A stretch of DNA of 63,369 nt, counting the filler, from an uncultured Methanosarcinales archaeon (GTDB taxonomy: Archaea > Nanobdellota > Nanobdellia > Woesearchaeales > CAZKBD01), in assembly GCA_964550945.1 (NCBI GenBank). It is 4 parts of 3 records of this genome, joined end to end, with 100 filler letters (N's around TTAATTAATTAA, not from the genome) between each part and the next. Parts side by side here need not be neighbours in the genome. Positions count along the whole stretch, not along the records: positions 10,247 to 28,147 come from CAZKBD010000002.1; positions 28,248 to 33,591 come from CAZKBD010000004.1; 2 more parts are not named here. The stretch is one strand, 5' to 3'. Of this stretch, positions 20,854 to 33,691 are shown piece after piece. Within the stretch, counting starts at the first letter, position 1. Every line of letters begins with the position of its first letter. The position numbers and the translations under genes are program-made. The notes under the pieces were generated by a model. The model saw nothing but the letters and a program-made list of their open reading frames with translations. It did not search any database and had not been told where the DNA came from.

Positions 20854-21477
20854 TCATCTTTTAGCCTTCTTTTTTATTCTCTTCATCCTAAATAGGTTTT
20901 CTCTTTCTACCTCTTCCAAGCGAAGCTGGATAAAATTCTTTGCTCTCTCCATATTAGGGATTACTTCAAATTCAAGCGCATTCACTCTCCTTTTTGTCTT
21001 TTCAATTTCCTTTAGGAGCCTGCGCATGCTTGTTTCAACCTCTGCCGCTCGTACAACATATTCTACAACTTTTTCGTAAGCCTCTGCTGCTTCATCAACA
21101 GCTGCAGAATTATAGATGCTGTAGCCCCTATTCAAGATAGATTTTTGCAAGCTCAAGCTGCTGATATAGGGCACTGTAACTCCCATGATGTTTTTTTGCC
21201 CAACCTCTATCTCTGGTTGGTTGCTAACAGCCAGCGCCAAAGATTTTATCTTTAAGTCTGATTCGATCATTCTTGCCATACCCATCTTCTCTTTTGCTAA
21301 ATTATGCCCTTCTATAATGCCTGAGCGCAGCTTTTTAACCTCAGCAAGAATATCAAAGAAGTCAAGGATTAGCCCGTCTCGTTTCTTTTTAAGGAGGGCA
21401 TAACCACTTTTTACAAGCCGTATCTTTATTTTTAATTCTGTTAATTCTGATCTTGTTGGTTTGATATTATGAGCCAT
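20854..21477 (-). CDS. atpD: A/V-type ATP synthase subunit D
   Basis: KPTRSEL, LLKKKRDGL, NIMGV, KTKRRVNALE. Confidence 0.96.
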   Translation of the reverse strand: MAHNIKPTRSELTELKIKIRLVKSGYALLKKKRDGLILDFFDILAEVKKLRSGIIEGHNLAKEKMGMARMIESDLKIKSLALAVSNQPEIEVGQKNIMGVTVPYISSLSLQKSILNRGYSIYNSAAVDEAAEAYEKVVEYVVRAAEVETSMRRLLKEIEKTKRRVNALEFEVIPNMERAKNFIQLRLEEVERENLFRMKRIKKKAKR

Positions 21478-21487
21478 GCCGCATCTT

Positions 21488-22942
21488 CTATTTTAGCTCC
21501 TCCTCTTCTATGCCTCCTTCTAGTGGCTTTTTAAAGTGAAGAGCGATCTTGCTTGTGCTTGCTCCGCTTGTATTTGCATTAGCCTTGTAGTACTTGTTCT
21601 TTATCTCCTGGCTTATTCTTGTCAAATCCTCTGGTGGTATGCCTCCTAATAATTTCCATCCCAAATCTAATGTTTGTTGAATAGCCCTGTCTTCAGTTTT
21701 ATTCTGGGTCACAAACTCTTTCTCAAATCGCTCGGCAAATTTTAACAGCCTCTTGTCCCTTGGAGAAAGAGCTTCTTCACCAACAATTGCTACAAGGCCC
21801 CTTAAGTCTCTTCCTTCTGCATATGCTGCATACATCTGATCAGACACAGATTTATGATCCTCTCTGGTATTTTTGCTTCCAATCCCAAGATTCATAAGCC
21901 GTGATAGCGACGGAAGAATATCTATCGGGGGGTATATTCCTTTGCGGTGCAATTCCCTGCTAAGTACAATCTGGCCTTCTGTTATATACCCTGTTAAATC
22001 CGGTATTGGATGAGTAATATCATCGCCAGTCATAGTAAGTATCGGGATCTGAGTGATAGAGCCTTTTTTGCCTTTTATTATACCAGCGCGCTCATAAAGC
22101 TGAGCCAAGTCAGTGTACATATAGCCGGGATAGCCCCTTCTTCCAGGAACCTCTTCTCTTGCTGCGCCAATCTCTCTCAAAGCTTCACAATAATTAGTCA
22201 TATCTGTCAAGATAACCAGCACGTGATAATTCTTCTCAAAAGCAAAATACTCTGCAGTAGTTAGAGCTATTCTGGGAGTGATCAACCTTTCAACAGCAGG
22301 GTCATTAGCAAGATTTAAGAATACTACTGATCTTGAAAGCGCTCCTGTTTTTCTAAAATCATCAATAAAATACTGGGCTTCTTCATTTGTAATCCCCATT
22401 GCAACGAAAACCACTACAAACTCCTCTTTTTCTCCTGCAACCTTTGCCTGCCTCGCAATCTGTAATGCTATCTCATTATGAGGCAAGCCTGCGCCAGAGA
22501 ACAATGGAAGCTTTTGCCCCCTTACTAAAGTGTTAGTTGCATCTATTGTTGAGATTCCAGTCTGGATGAAGTCTGACGGGCTATCCCGTGAGTAAGGATT
22601 TATAGACGCGCCTATTATGTCCATTCGCTTCTCTGGGATGATGGCTGGCTTAGAGTCAATTGGTTTTCCAGCTCCATTGAATACTCTTCCCATCATATGT
22701 TCAGAAACACCTAACTTCAGTATTTCGCCAAGAAATTTTACATGCGCCCCTTTTCCTATTCCTGAAGTTCCTTCAAAAATCTGGACTACCACCATATCAT
22801 CAGATGTGTCAAGAACCTGCCCATTTTTTACTTCGCCAGAATCCAATTTTATTGAAACTAGATCAGCATATCCGATTGGATCTGTTTTCTCAACAAAAAT
22901 CAAAGGACCTGCTACTTTATTAATTGTTTTGTACTCCTTCAT
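21488..22942 (-). CDS. atpB: A/V-type ATP synthase subunit B
   Basis: [40 protein letters not shown]. Confidence 0.98.
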   Translation of the reverse strand: MKEYKTINKVAGPLIFVEKTDPIGYADLVSIKLDSGEVKNGQVLDTSDDMVVVQIFEGTSGIGKGAHVKFLGEILKLGVSEHMMGRVFNGAGKPIDSKPAIIPEKRMDIIGASINPYSRDSPSDFIQTGISTIDATNTLVRGQKLPLFSGAGLPHNEIALQIARQAKVAGEKEEFVVVFVAMGITNEEAQYFIDDFRKTGALSRSVVFLNLANDPAVERLITPRIALTTAEYFAFEKNYHVLVILTDMTNYCEALREIGAAREEVPGRRGYPGYMYTDLAQLYERAGIIKGKKGSITQIPILTMTGDDITHPIPDLTGYITEGQIVLSRELHRKGIYPPIDILPSLSRLMNLGIGSKNTREDHKSVSDQMYAAYAEGRDLRGLVAIVGEEALSPRDKRLLKFAERFEKEFVTQNKTEDRAIQQTLDLGWKLLGGIPPEDLTRISQEIKNKYYKANANTSGASTSKIALHFKKPLEGGIEEEELK

Positions 22943-22947
22943 AAAAA

Positions 22948-24681
22948 TCACCCGAATGCAGCAAATTCACGCTGCATATTTTTCTCTGCATTATCAAGAA
23001 CCTTATTGTAATCTTTATCAAATCTGGCGTTTCCTATCTCATTCTTAGATTTGGTTTCAATAATTTTCTGGATCCTCACTCCTTTAGAGAGATATTGCTC
23101 GCCCAACTCCTTAAACTTAAGGATAGATTTCATTATCCTATATGTCTTTTTTAGTTCCGAATAGGTATCTACTTCGTGGAAAGCATTTTGCTGGAGAAAA
23201 AATTCTCTGATTAAACGAGCTACTTCAAGCGTTAATTGCTCCCTTTCTGGAAGTGTATCAGAACCAACAAGCTGCACAATCTGCAGGAGTTTTTCTTCCT
23301 CTTGAAGTATCCTCATAAATTCGACGATTAAACCCCTAAATTCCCCGCCAACTTGCTCCTTATACCATGGCTCCAAAGCATCAAGGTACAATGAATATGA
23401 GGTGAGCCAATTGATTGACGGGAAATGTCTCCTTTGAGCAAGTTTTGCATCAAGCGCCCAAAATGATTTAGCCAGCCTTAATGTATTTTGAGTTACTGGT
23501 TCAGAAAAATCTCCGCCAGGAGGGCTTACTGCTCCTATAATAGTCACGCTTCCGTATGTTTTATTTAATGTGTTAACCCTGCCAGCCCGCTCATAAAATT
23601 GCGCTAATCTTGTAGCAAGGTATGCAGGATACCCTTCTTCACCAGGCATTTCTTCTAATCTTGAAGAAATTTCCCTCATTGCTTCAGCCCATCTTGATGT
23701 TGAATCAGCCATCATAGCAACATCATAGCCCATATCACGGTAATATTCTGCTATTGTGACTCCTGTATAAACAGAAGCCTCTCGTGCAGCAACAGGCATA
23801 TTTGACGTATTTGCTATTAACACAGTCCTATCCATCAATGGATTGCCTGACCTGGGATCTATTAAATGAGGGAATTCCATGAGCACTTCAGTCATTTCGT
23901 TGCCTCTTTCGCCGCAACCGACATAAACTATAATGTCTGCATTGCACCACTTTGCAAGATTTTGTTGAGTTACAGTTTTGCCAGCGCCAAAAGGGCCAGG
24001 GATGGCTGCTACTCCTCCTTTTGCTAGTGGAAAAAGAGAATCAAATATTCTTTGGCCAGTAATCAAGGGAATATTTGGAGTTATCTTTTGTGTTACTGGC
24101 CTTGGTTTTCTTACAGGCCATATCTGCTTCAATTTTAGTTCTGTCCCATCATCTAGCTTGCCAATAACATCATTAACAGTGTACGAGCCTGACTCTATAT
24201 CTGTTAGTTTCCCATGGCTGTTTGGAGGAACCATTACCCTATGGAACAATCCTTTTGTTTCTTCAACCTCTCCTATTATCTGGCCTGCTGCTACATTTTC
24301 CCCTTTTTTAACAATCGCTTTAAATTCCCATTCCTTTTTTGGATCAAGGCCAGGCGATTCAAGGCCGCGAAAAATATAATCTCCTTGCTCTTTTTGAAGT
24401 ACAGGCAAAGGCCTTTGGATACCATCATATATGCTGGTGAGCAATCCCGGGCCTAACTCTATGCTTAACGGATTTTGAGTATTGACAACAGGCTCTCCGG
24501 GCCTTAAGCCAGAAGTGTCTTCATATACTTGGATAATTGTCTTGCTGCCATCTATTTGTATGACCTCTCCTATCAAGTTCTCATTGCCTACCCTTATAAG
24601 GTCATACATATTAGCGTCAATGCCCTTTGCTGTAACTACGGGCCCTGCTATACGGTATAATGTTCCTTTTGTGTTTGTCAT
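22948..24681 (-). CDS. atpA: A/V-type ATP synthase subunit A
   Basis: GPFGAGKT P-loop, [23 protein letters not shown]; no intein. Confidence 0.98.
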   Translation of the reverse strand: MTNTKGTLYRIAGPVVTAKGIDANMYDLIRVGNENLIGEVIQIDGSKTIIQVYEDTSGLRPGEPVVNTQNPLSIELGPGLLTSIYDGIQRPLPVLQKEQGDYIFRGLESPGLDPKKEWEFKAIVKKGENVAAGQIIGEVEETKGLFHRVMVPPNSHGKLTDIESGSYTVNDVIGKLDDGTELKLKQIWPVRKPRPVTQKITPNIPLITGQRIFDSLFPLAKGGVAAIPGPFGAGKTVTQQNLAKWCNADIIVYVGCGERGNEMTEVLMEFPHLIDPRSGNPLMDRTVLIANTSNMPVAAREASVYTGVTIAEYYRDMGYDVAMMADSTSRWAEAMREISSRLEEMPGEEGYPAYLATRLAQFYERAGRVNTLNKTYGSVTIIGAVSPPGGDFSEPVTQNTLRLAKSFWALDAKLAQRRHFPSINWLTSYSLYLDALEPWYKEQVGGEFRGLIVEFMRILQEEEKLLQIVQLVGSDTLPEREQLTLEVARLIREFFLQQNAFHEVDTYSELKKTYRIMKSILKFKELGEQYLSKGVRIQKIIETKSKNEIGNARFDKDYNKVLDNAEKNMQREFAAFG

Positions 24682-24685
24682 TTTA

Positions 24686-24997
24686 CTAACCACCTTTCCA
24701 GAGGTCTACGCCTACAGATTTTATAATAAGCTTACGAATGCTTTCTGAGCTATCTTTTGGAGATATTGTAACGAAAACCGGCTCAATTGATTCATCAATC
24801 TCTTCCTTTTCATTGCCATCTAGCGCTCCCATAACCTCTTCCTCAGTGATCACTATCCCTATATTTGGATCTTGCCTAAGAGCATGGATATTATCAAGCA
24901 CATCTTTCGTATCGTGAATATTCACAATCGTTCTGATGCCTGCTAATTGAAAACCTAATGTGAATGACTCTGTGCCTAAAACTGCAATCTTTTTCAT
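24686..24997 (-). CDS. atpF: A/V-type ATP synthase subunit F
   Basis: IAVLG...GFQLAGI...KSVGVDL. Confidence 0.93.
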   Translation of the reverse strand: MKKIAVLGTESFTLGFQLAGIRTIVNIHDTKDVLDNIHALRQDPNIGIVITEEEVMGALDGNEKEEIDESIEPVFVTISPKDSSESIRKLIIKSVGVDLWKGG

Positions 24998-26055
24998 AGG
25001 ACCACCAATTGGGATTCTACTTTCTCTGCGCTTATGCCCAATATCTTAGCCTTTAATATCTTCTTTAGGTTCATAATCTCTATCTCTTTTGCAAATAAAT
25101 AGCTTAGTATGCTATATACTGATAATGGAGCCTGGTGACTAAAATGCATAACCTTATTAAATGTAAACCTATAAAGAGCAATCTCTAATGGGATTAGTGA
25201 ACCATTATCTTCAATATCTTTAGGGGAGATAAATCCATTATATCTTGATTTTTCTATGATCCTTACCCTTTCTTCTTTTGTCTTTGCTTTCACGAGTTTA
25301 GTCAATAAAGGCCCGCAATAACCTAAAAAAAGCATGTGCTGGCTGATATCTTTAATATCCATATTCTCTTTTAAAAGGCGGAAAAAGGTCAATATGTTAG
25401 CAGTCTCTACCAAGATATAAATGAACTCCTTGAATAATTTTGCATCTTCAGGCAGCCTTTTTGTAAAGGAGATCAGCTCTTCAAAATAAATCTCATCCAG
25501 CATGGTCTCGATATTGATAAGGTCTTTGGTTTTAAGCTCCCTATATCTAGGATACGCCTTTTTTAAATTATACGGGAGGGATTTAAGCAATTCCTCTATA
25601 CTATCCTTTTTTATCAGGAGCTCGATAGCTTTTTGGGATAAGATGCCAACTGGAAAAATGAGCTTCATGGCTTCTTTGTCAGATATTTTATAAAATTTAG
25701 CCCTTATCAATGTTTTTAGATTGTCTATATCATAATGGAGTAAATGAGTATCTATCAAGCTTCTATACTCTTCTGGAGATATTCTCTTTAGTTTCTGTAT
25801 TGTGTTTGTAAAATTCCTGTGCAAGACCTGTTCTATCAGCTCTATTCCAGATAACTCTACCCCTAACTCGCTGATCTCATTTTTATATTCAGTTTCACTG
25901 AGGTAAACAGAAATTTCAGCAATACTCATCTTAAGAAATTGAGGATACTTAGATTTAGGGATAAGTAATGAGCGCATTGCTGTTGTTCTTGCGTAGGTAT
26001 AAGGGGATTCTTCTAGCATAATCTCCTGGCCGCATAGGTTGTTTAGCGAACTCAT
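24994..26055 (-). CDS. atpC: A/V-type ATP synthase subunit C
   Basis: YTYAR..AMRSLL, DIDNLKTLIR, YLFAKEIEIMNL. Confidence 0.92.
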   Translation of the reverse strand: MSSLNNLCGQEIMLEESPYTYARTTAMRSLLIPKSKYPQFLKMSIAEISVYLSETEYKNEISELGVELSGIELIEQVLHRNFTNTIQKLKRISPEEYRSLIDTHLLHYDIDNLKTLIRAKFYKISDKEAMKLIFPVGILSQKAIELLIKKDSIEELLKSLPYNLKKAYPRYRELKTKDLINIETMLDEIYFEELISFTKRLPEDAKLFKEFIYILVETANILTFFRLLKENMDIKDISQHMLFLGYCGPLLTKLVKAKTKEERVRIIEKSRYNGFISPKDIEDNGSLIPLEIALYRFTFNKVMHFSHQAPLSVYSILSYLFAKEIEIMNLKKILKAKILGISAEKVESQLVVL

Positions 26056-26591
26056 TTGAATAATGCCTCAGCAATCTCCTGCAAATGCTTGTCTTTTACA
26101 GCAGAAAGAATTGAATCATACGAGTAGTCTATCTGTATCATTCCGTCTTTATTCTCTGCTATTATCCCGCCCCCAATATCTTTTGGGATGGTCTTGACTT
26201 CATTCAGAAGTGGAATATCCTCTTTCCTGCAATACACCTTGTCGATGTCTCCTAGCTCTTTTTTTGCTTTTGCAAGGAGTTTTTTCAGCAGTTGTTCATT
26301 ATGGCTGCCTATTATCTCCATTTTGGCTTCTGAAATTGCTGCATCAATTAACACCCTCTTCTTTTCCAATAGCAAGATTGAGATATTTTCTTTTGCCTCT
26401 GCTGTTTTTGTGCTGGTAATCTGGGCTAATCTTCTTTTTGTAGACTCTCCAATCTCTGCTTTTATCTCTTCAATCCTTTTATTTGAGCTTTCTTCTATCT
26501 CCTTGATTCTTAATGCTGTCTCTGCTTCTATCCTTGCAGTCTCTTTCTTAGCATTATCCAATATATCCTTCTTAATTGACTCTAGTCCCAT
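26052..26591 (-). CDS. atpE: A/V-type ATP synthase subunit E
   Basis: MGLESIKKDIL coiled coil; IGGGII..DG...IDYSYD..L. Confidence 0.9.
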   Translation of the reverse strand: MGLESIKKDILDNAKKETARIEAETALRIKEIEESSNKRIEEIKAEIGESTKRRLAQITSTKTAEAKENISILLLEKKRVLIDAAISEAKMEIIGSHNEQLLKKLLAKAKKELGDIDKVYCRKEDIPLLNEVKTIPKDIGGGIIAENKDGMIQIDYSYDSILSAVKDKHLQEIAEALFK

Positions 26592-26616
26592 TGATAAATT
26601 CCTCTTCTTAGCTATC

Positions 26617-28147
<1,531 letters not shown>

Positions 28148-28247
28148 NNNNNNNNNNNNNNNNNNNNNNNNNNNNNNNNNNNNNNNNNNNNTTAATTAAT
28201 TAANNNNNNNNNNNNNNNNNNNNNNNNNNNNNNNNNNNNNNNNNNNN
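28148..28247. other. artificial contig linker
   Basis: N-run containing TTAATTAATTAA. Confidence 0.98.
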
Positions 28248-29536
28248 GCAGAAGGAGCCCCGCCGCCATGCCAGGTCAATCTTGGCCTTATCCTGGCAGA
28301 ATACATCCTTTCGTTCATATCATCAAAGATAATAGCAGCTCCGCTGACTCTTGGCAACACATTAAGCTGCTTGTCAAGCCCTTCTCTCATATAGCTCTGC
28401 ATTAGCATGCCCAATGCCTGCACATCCATGTTTGCAGTGACTCTATGGGCAAAAACAATATCTGACTGAGTCATAACATCAGTATGGATCTTGCCAGGCT
28501 GCTGGGAAGCCAGAACCAAAGAGATGCCTGGCTGCCTTCCTTCTCTTAATATTGTTACTAGAGGATGTGTTGCAGCAGTCTTTCCTTTATTGGGAAGAAA
28601 GTCATGGGCCTCATCAACAACAAGCCAGACCAATGGCTCTTTCTTTTCCTCTTCTTTATCTTCTTCCTCAATAAAATGGATTGATTTGTTTATTGATTTG
28701 TACTCATCAAACTTTCTGGCTATCATCCTTTGGATAAACAATTTCTCAGCAACTAACCCAATAACTAATGCCCTTATTCCTTCAGCGCCAGGAATGGTTG
28801 CATAACAGCTTACATCCAAAACAGTTATCTGCCCGCCAACAACCAGCTCATTCAAAGGAGTGCCTTCTGCTCCGAACAAGCCCCATCTCTTGGCAGCCAT
28901 AAACCTGTTCTCAGCAGCATCCTTAACATTATTTTCGCTTTTGTCATCCTCCTTGATTAGCTTGATGATATCATCTATGCCATACTCTTTTTTCTCTTCT
29001 TTTAATCGCGCAATAACCCTGTCAATAAGGACGCCAACTGAGTCATTAACATCAACTTCAAAAGTCATGCACCAATCGCCGGCATCAAGCTCGCTCGGTC
29101 TTATTGAAAAAGGGTAATCTGTAGGTATTCCTTGCTCTTTGTATGATTTATGGTAGCCTTCTGGAGTGTAGATCTGGACATTAAGGCTCTGGCCTTCCAT
29201 ATTCCATTCTTTAAGCAGCTCTTTCTCCTGCTCATTAGGATACTTCATTGTCCAGTAAATCCCCATGGTATCGAGCATAATCACAGAAATCTTCTTTGAT
29301 ATGTCTTTTTCCATAGTAGCAATTCCCTCAGCTATAACGCCCATGGAGTAGCTTTTTCCAGAGCCTCTTTTGCCGCATATAAATACGACGTGGCTTCTTA
29401 TAACGTCCATGTAAATATCATTGGATAGGGAAGTGGTCTGGCCCATCTTGACATAATGCTTGCCAATCGGAATAGTGCCTTTTGTCCCAAAATCTTTCAA
29501 ATCTTCAGGAGTTCTCCCAATAATGATATCATACAT
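28248..29536 (-). CDS. HerA/FtsK-like ATPase (DUF87 type), 3' end lost
   Basis: Walker A GKRGSGKS, Walker B LVVDEAH, REGRQPG, ASQQP. Confidence 0.88.
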
Positions 29537-29642
29537 GACATCTAATGATATTTGCCACCTACATAAATATTTTTTGAAACTGGGCTGTGGTGAATGAAAT
29601 TTTGGAAACCTTTATTTATTAATTCATTTAACCTACTTAAAA

Positions 29643-30773
29643 ATGGATACAAAAGATAGGCTGGAGCAGGAATTGAGGTTTCTAAAGGAAAGCCTAGAGG
29701 CAGATGTAATAACAAAAGAAGAATTTCTGAAAGGAAAAGATAGAATAGAAAATAAATTAAGAGAGCTTGAAAGCCAAGAGCCAAAAAAGGCTGAAGAAGA
29801 CAGCTATATAACTATAAAAGAAATAAAAGATGAGCCAGAAGAAATGCAAGAAGATGCCCCTATAGAGGAAACCCCTGTTGAAGTATATGAAGAAAGCGAA
29901 GAAAAGATAGAAGATAAAGAGCCTGAATCACCTCTTGAAGAAGAAAAAACAGCAGAAGAGCCAGAAAAACCCACCAAAAAACCACGCTATAAATACATCG
30001 CAATGCTATTGATAGGTCTCATCATAATTGCTTTGATATTGATGAGCTCTTTTAAGGAAAAAGAGCTCCCAGTCTGCACTTCAGACAGCGCATGTAATCA
30101 GGAAAGCATGATAGGAACATGCATTAATCCAGGCACAAAAGAGTCTAAGTGCGAGTTTATTCAGGATGTCAAGGCAGAATTTATAATCTTGAATGACGAA
30201 AACTGTTTAAGCTGCGATACAGCAAGGATGGTAGATGTTATTAATCAGTTATTTCCAAGCGCAAAATACAGGAGCATAGGCTACAAAGAAGATGAAGGCA
30301 TGAAGCTATTGCAGAGATTAGATATCGAAGTTCTTCCAGCTTACATATTTGACGAGAACATCAGCAAGGCTTATAATTTCAACAAAACCGAAAGGATATT
30401 TATCAAAAACAAAGACAGGTATATTATTTCGCCAGAAGCTGCCGGCTCTAACTATTTTTTCAAAAGAGACGAGATTAAAAGCAGCTTAAAACTATTCATT
30501 TTGCCCAACAGCAATGCCTCTCTAAAAGCTGAAAAGAATGTCAAAGAAGTTCTAAACCTATTCAAAGAAAAAATAACCTTCTCAAAATATGAAGTTGCAG
30601 AAAACGACATGCTGTCTAAAGAGTTGGCGATAACAAGCTATCCTGCTTTCTTGGTCAATAACCAGCTGAAGCTGACCGGAGTCCAGCCTGCTGAGGTTAT
30701 CAAACAAAAATTCTGCGAACTAAACAAGTTCGAAGAATGCAATAAAAAGCTGTCTGAGGATATTATATCCTAA
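29643..30773 (+). CDS. single-pass membrane protein with acidic N-terminus and extracellular Cys-rich / thioredoxin-like domains
   Basis: Acidic linker, one TM helix, CLSC motif, IEVLPAY and ITSYPAFLVN cis-Pro-type loops. Confidence 0.7.
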   Translation: MDTKDRLEQELRFLKESLEADVITKEEFLKGKDRIENKLRELESQEPKKAEEDSYITIKEIKDEPEEMQEDAPIEETPVEVYEESEEKIEDKEPESPLEEEKTAEEPEKPTKKPRYKYIAMLLIGLIIIALILMSSFKEKELPVCTSDSACNQESMIGTCINPGTKESKCEFIQDVKAEFIILNDENCLSCDTARMVDVINQLFPSAKYRSIGYKEDEGMKLLQRLDIEVLPAYIFDENISKAYNFNKTERIFIKNKDRYIISPEAAGSNYFFKRDEIKSSLKLFILPNSNASLKAEKNVKEVLNLFKEKITFSKYEVAENDMLSKELAITSYPAFLVNNQLKLTGVQPAEVIKQKFCELNKFEECNKKLSEDIIS

Positions 30774-30809
30774 ACTCAGTACCTTTTCGTAATAATCTGT
30801 GCGTTCTCG

Positions 30810-32045
30810 CTATAGGTCAGTAGCTGTTACTATCTCTACTTTTGTTTCTGTTGGCTTTACTCTGCTGTCCATGGCAACCAAATATCTTATGTTTGACCTC
30901 TCTGCCAATTTGACAATATCCCTGTCAATTATCCCATCAAACACGATTGCGTAAACGCCTGAAGGCAAGCTTTTCAAAGTGGTTTGCAGCTCAGACAATG
31001 GCACTTTCCCAAGTACGCTTAACTTCTGGTCAACGATGTTTGCTCCTCTTGTGCCAATAAGGTTTTCAAGCATTTCATTAAAAGCCTTTTTTTCATCAGG
31101 CGTTAATTGCACCTTTTTAACAAACCTAGGCGCAGGCGCTGATGCTGCTATTGGCTGCCTAAACTGCGGCTGCTGCGGCCTTCTTACATCTGAATTTAAC
31201 CTTTCAGATTCCCTGTTCACTTCTAATTTTGCTTGCTCACCAGAGATTCTAGAGCGCAATGCCTTGTGTATCTCTTTCTTTGTTATCTCCTCTACTTCTT
31301 TGCCGTCAGGAGCTTTTGTCACATAATCAATATCAGCTACCTCAGTCAATTCCTTGATGATAAGGTTTCCTCCTCTGTCGCCATCAACAAAAGCAGTCAC
31401 AACCTTTTTCTTGCTTAAGTCGATTATTGTTTCAGGCACAGAAGTGCCGTTCAATGCGATAGCATTTTTAATTCCGTGCTTTAATAGGTTTAGAACATCT
31501 GCCCTGCCTTCTACAATTATTATCTCATCGCTTTCATCAATTGCAGGCCCTGCTGGCAGCCGGTCTTTGCCGTATTCAACAATCTCCATCACCCTGACAG
31601 AATAAGCAACTTCATCTGCTAACTCCTGTGAATCAGGCATGACATTCTCCATCAATCTTTTTAGCAATACTTTTGCCCGTTCTACTACAAAGCTTCTTTT
31701 GCTGACCCTTACATCTTCTATGTTTACAACATTTATTTTAGCGTTGCAAGGGCCTATCCTCTGGATTATTTCCAAAGCTGCAGCCACAATGCTGGTTTCA
31801 GCTTTATCCAAGCTGGATGGAATGATTATAGTGCCGTGGCTTTTTCCGGTTCTTGTTTCAACATTTACTTCTATTCTTCCGATTCTTCCTGATCTTTGAA
31901 GCTCTCTAAGCTCCAAATCAGCTCCTAATAACCCTTCAGTTTGGCCGAATATTGCTCCTATCACGTCTGGCCTGTCAACAACGCCTTCTATCTCGATAGA
32001 GGCATGAACTATATATTTTGAAGATACTAAACTTATTTTTCCCAT
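30810..32045 (-). CDS. dnaG: archaeal DnaG-type primase (exosome-associated)
   Basis: [36 protein letters not shown] and FVDGDRGG. Confidence 0.97.
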   Translation of the reverse strand: MGKISLVSSKYIVHASIEIEGVVDRPDVIGAIFGQTEGLLGADLELRELQRSGRIGRIEVNVETRTGKSHGTIIIPSSLDKAETSIVAAALEIIQRIGPCNAKINVVNIEDVRVSKRSFVVERAKVLLKRLMENVMPDSQELADEVAYSVRVMEIVEYGKDRLPAGPAIDESDEIIIVEGRADVLNLLKHGIKNAIALNGTSVPETIIDLSKKKVVTAFVDGDRGGNLIIKELTEVADIDYVTKAPDGKEVEEITKKEIHKALRSRISGEQAKLEVNRESERLNSDVRRPQQPQFRQPIAASAPAPRFVKKVQLTPDEKKAFNEMLENLIGTRGANIVDQKLSVLGKVPLSELQTTLKSLPSGVYAIVFDGIIDRDIVKLAERSNIRYLVAMDSRVKPTETKVEIVTATDL

Positions 32046-32388
32046 TTTAATTGCCCCCTGTTTCTTTTATTAACATCACTCTTAGCTTCTGCAAATAGAA
32101 CAAGTTCAAACTCTATATCTTATTTTACCATAACCCAATGAATGAAAGGTGAACATAAACTTGCCTATTTTCCTATTCTAAGCTGTGAATATGAGTTGTA
32201 GCCCGAAACACTAACTCCCAAGCTCATTGCTTGCATTTAGCGACAGCTCCATTGAGTACTCTCGTGACGGGCCATTATTATGCTAAAATAAGCTTATTTG
32301 AGCCCAAAATAGCCTTTTAAGCCCGAATAAAACCTATCCAGCATAGCTTGCGTATAATCATTGGATATCCTAACAAGTATTTAAAGCT

Positions 32389-32496
32389 TTATTTTTTGGA
32401 TTTTGCTTTCTCAATATCAACCTCCTCTATCTCCTGCAAATTACCCTCAGTAACACGCTGATTGTAAACACTATCCAAATCGTTGATTTTTTTCAT
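32389..32496 (-). pseudogene. truncated 35-aa ORF, probable remnant of the nucleotidyltransferase's HEPN-type partner
   Basis: ATGA overlap with the MNT stop; MKKINDLDSVYNQRVTEGNLQEIEEVDIEKAKSKK*. Confidence 0.5.
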
Positions 32497-33059
32497 GCTG
32501 CCACCTCTGCAATATCAAATATACTGCCTTTTACAAAATATCCTTTTACCACATTCTTCATTAATCCAGAATGTATCCTCCTTGTATCATGGACTGATTT
32601 GTAACTATGAATCTGAATCTCTCTTGCCTTGCCCTGGAATCCTAGTCCGCTCCAAAGAGTTCCGAATCTGAGGTCTTCAGGATCCCCCAAGACAAAAATA
32701 TCAACATCGCTTTTGGCATTCCAGTCTGACCTGGCAAAGCTGCCGAAAATCACAACAGTTTTCGCATTAGCTAGTTGCTGAAGTTTCATGAGAAGACCGG
32801 TTTCATAAAGCTTTTGCATAGCATAAATTCTTTTCTTGTTTTGGTAATTTTCATGCCTGAACTTTCCAATGAAATAAGGCATCTTTCCTCTCGGTTTGAT
32901 TCTTTGTATGATGTTCTCATTTGAAAGCTTCTTCAGCCATTTGTTTGCGCTGGGCTCACTGGCTTTTGCAGTTTTAACTATATCCTTGAAATGCCAGTGC
33001 TTTGAGGGCTCATTAAAAAATAGCTCCAGAACTTTTTCTTCTTTTGATGGTTTTCCCAT
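32493..33059 (-). CDS. wHTH plus minimal nucleotidyltransferase (MNT antitoxin-like)
   Basis: VLELFFNEP HTH; IFGSFARSD....SDVDIFV pol-beta motif. Confidence 0.88.
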   Translation of the reverse strand: MGKPSKEEKVLELFFNEPSKHWHFKDIVKTAKASEPSANKWLKKLSNENIIQRIKPRGKMPYFIGKFRHENYQNKKRIYAMQKLYETGLLMKLQQLANAKTVVIFGSFARSDWNAKSDVDIFVLGDPEDLRFGTLWSGLGFQGKAREIQIHSYKSVHDTRRIHSGLMKNVVKGYFVKGSIFDIAEVAA

Positions 33060-33128
33060 TTTACTTAAGTTAAAGCTAAGTATTATTTAAATGTTTTGCT
33101 TCCCTTACCTCTTCCATGCTTCGTTTAT

Positions 33129-33426
33129 ATGTCAGAAATATACCCTCGGTCTCTTAGAAATCAGAGATTTCTAAAGAAAAGATTGATTTTGTCAAAGAAG
33201 ATGAAAAAGATGATATAATCTCATTTTCCACCAGTGTATTTCACTGGTGGTTTTGTTTAAAGACAAACATCAAGTGGAAAATGAGAACAAAAAAATCCGA
33301 CCCGAGCCTATAAGGCGAGCATACCACCAGTCTATTTGACTGGTGGTGGTCGGATTTTTTTGATTACTGGAATGTGCTGTTTCTGCTGGTGTGGACTACA
33401 TTGTTTCGGGAGATCATCATTTGACA
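33129..33426 (+). pseudogene. PIN-domain toxin remnant interrupted by palindromic insertions
   Basis: KEKIDFVKEDEKDDII (33173-33220) and LECAVSAGVDYIVSGDHHL (33367-33423) lie in different frames, separated by hairpins. Confidence 0.75.
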
Positions 33427-33543
33427 TGTCAGAAATCGCTAATGCGCACGCTCGAGGGGTTTTAACCCAGAGTAAGCAAGCGATTTCTGAGTGTTTGAAA
33501 GCAAAGCTTTCTAACAAACCAGAAATTTGTAAAGCAAATTTCT
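33155..33543. repeat. cluster of palindromic elements
   Basis: IRs tagaaatc/gatttcta, tctcattttccac/gtggaaaatgaga, aaaaaaatccgacc/ggtcggattttttt, tcagaaatcgct/agcgatttctga, gaaagc/gctttc, agaaatttg/caaatttct. Confidence 0.88.
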
Positions 33544-33591
33544 CATGGTATATAAAGTATAGAATCCTTTTTCCATAAGAAATAAAACCCG

Positions 33592-33691
33592 NNNNNNNNN
33601 NNNNNNNNNNNNNNNNNNNNNNNNNNNNNNNNNNNTTAATTAATTAANNNNNNNNNNNNNNNNNNNNNNNNNNNNNNNNNNNNNNNNNNNN
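33592..33691. other. artificial contig linker
   Basis: N-run containing TTAATTAATTAA. Confidence 0.98.

Noticed and set aside
22948..24681. Intein in ATPase subunit A
   Set aside because: Normal length; the P-loop region is uninterrupted.
33155..33543. Possible CRISPR array, tRNA or integron attC array
   Set aside because: No regularly spaced identical direct repeats, no cloverleaf, and no cas or integrase gene in the window.
33332..33578. ORFs 33336-33578 (+) and 33332-33517 (-)
   Set aside because: Chance frames across palindromes and the PIN remnant.
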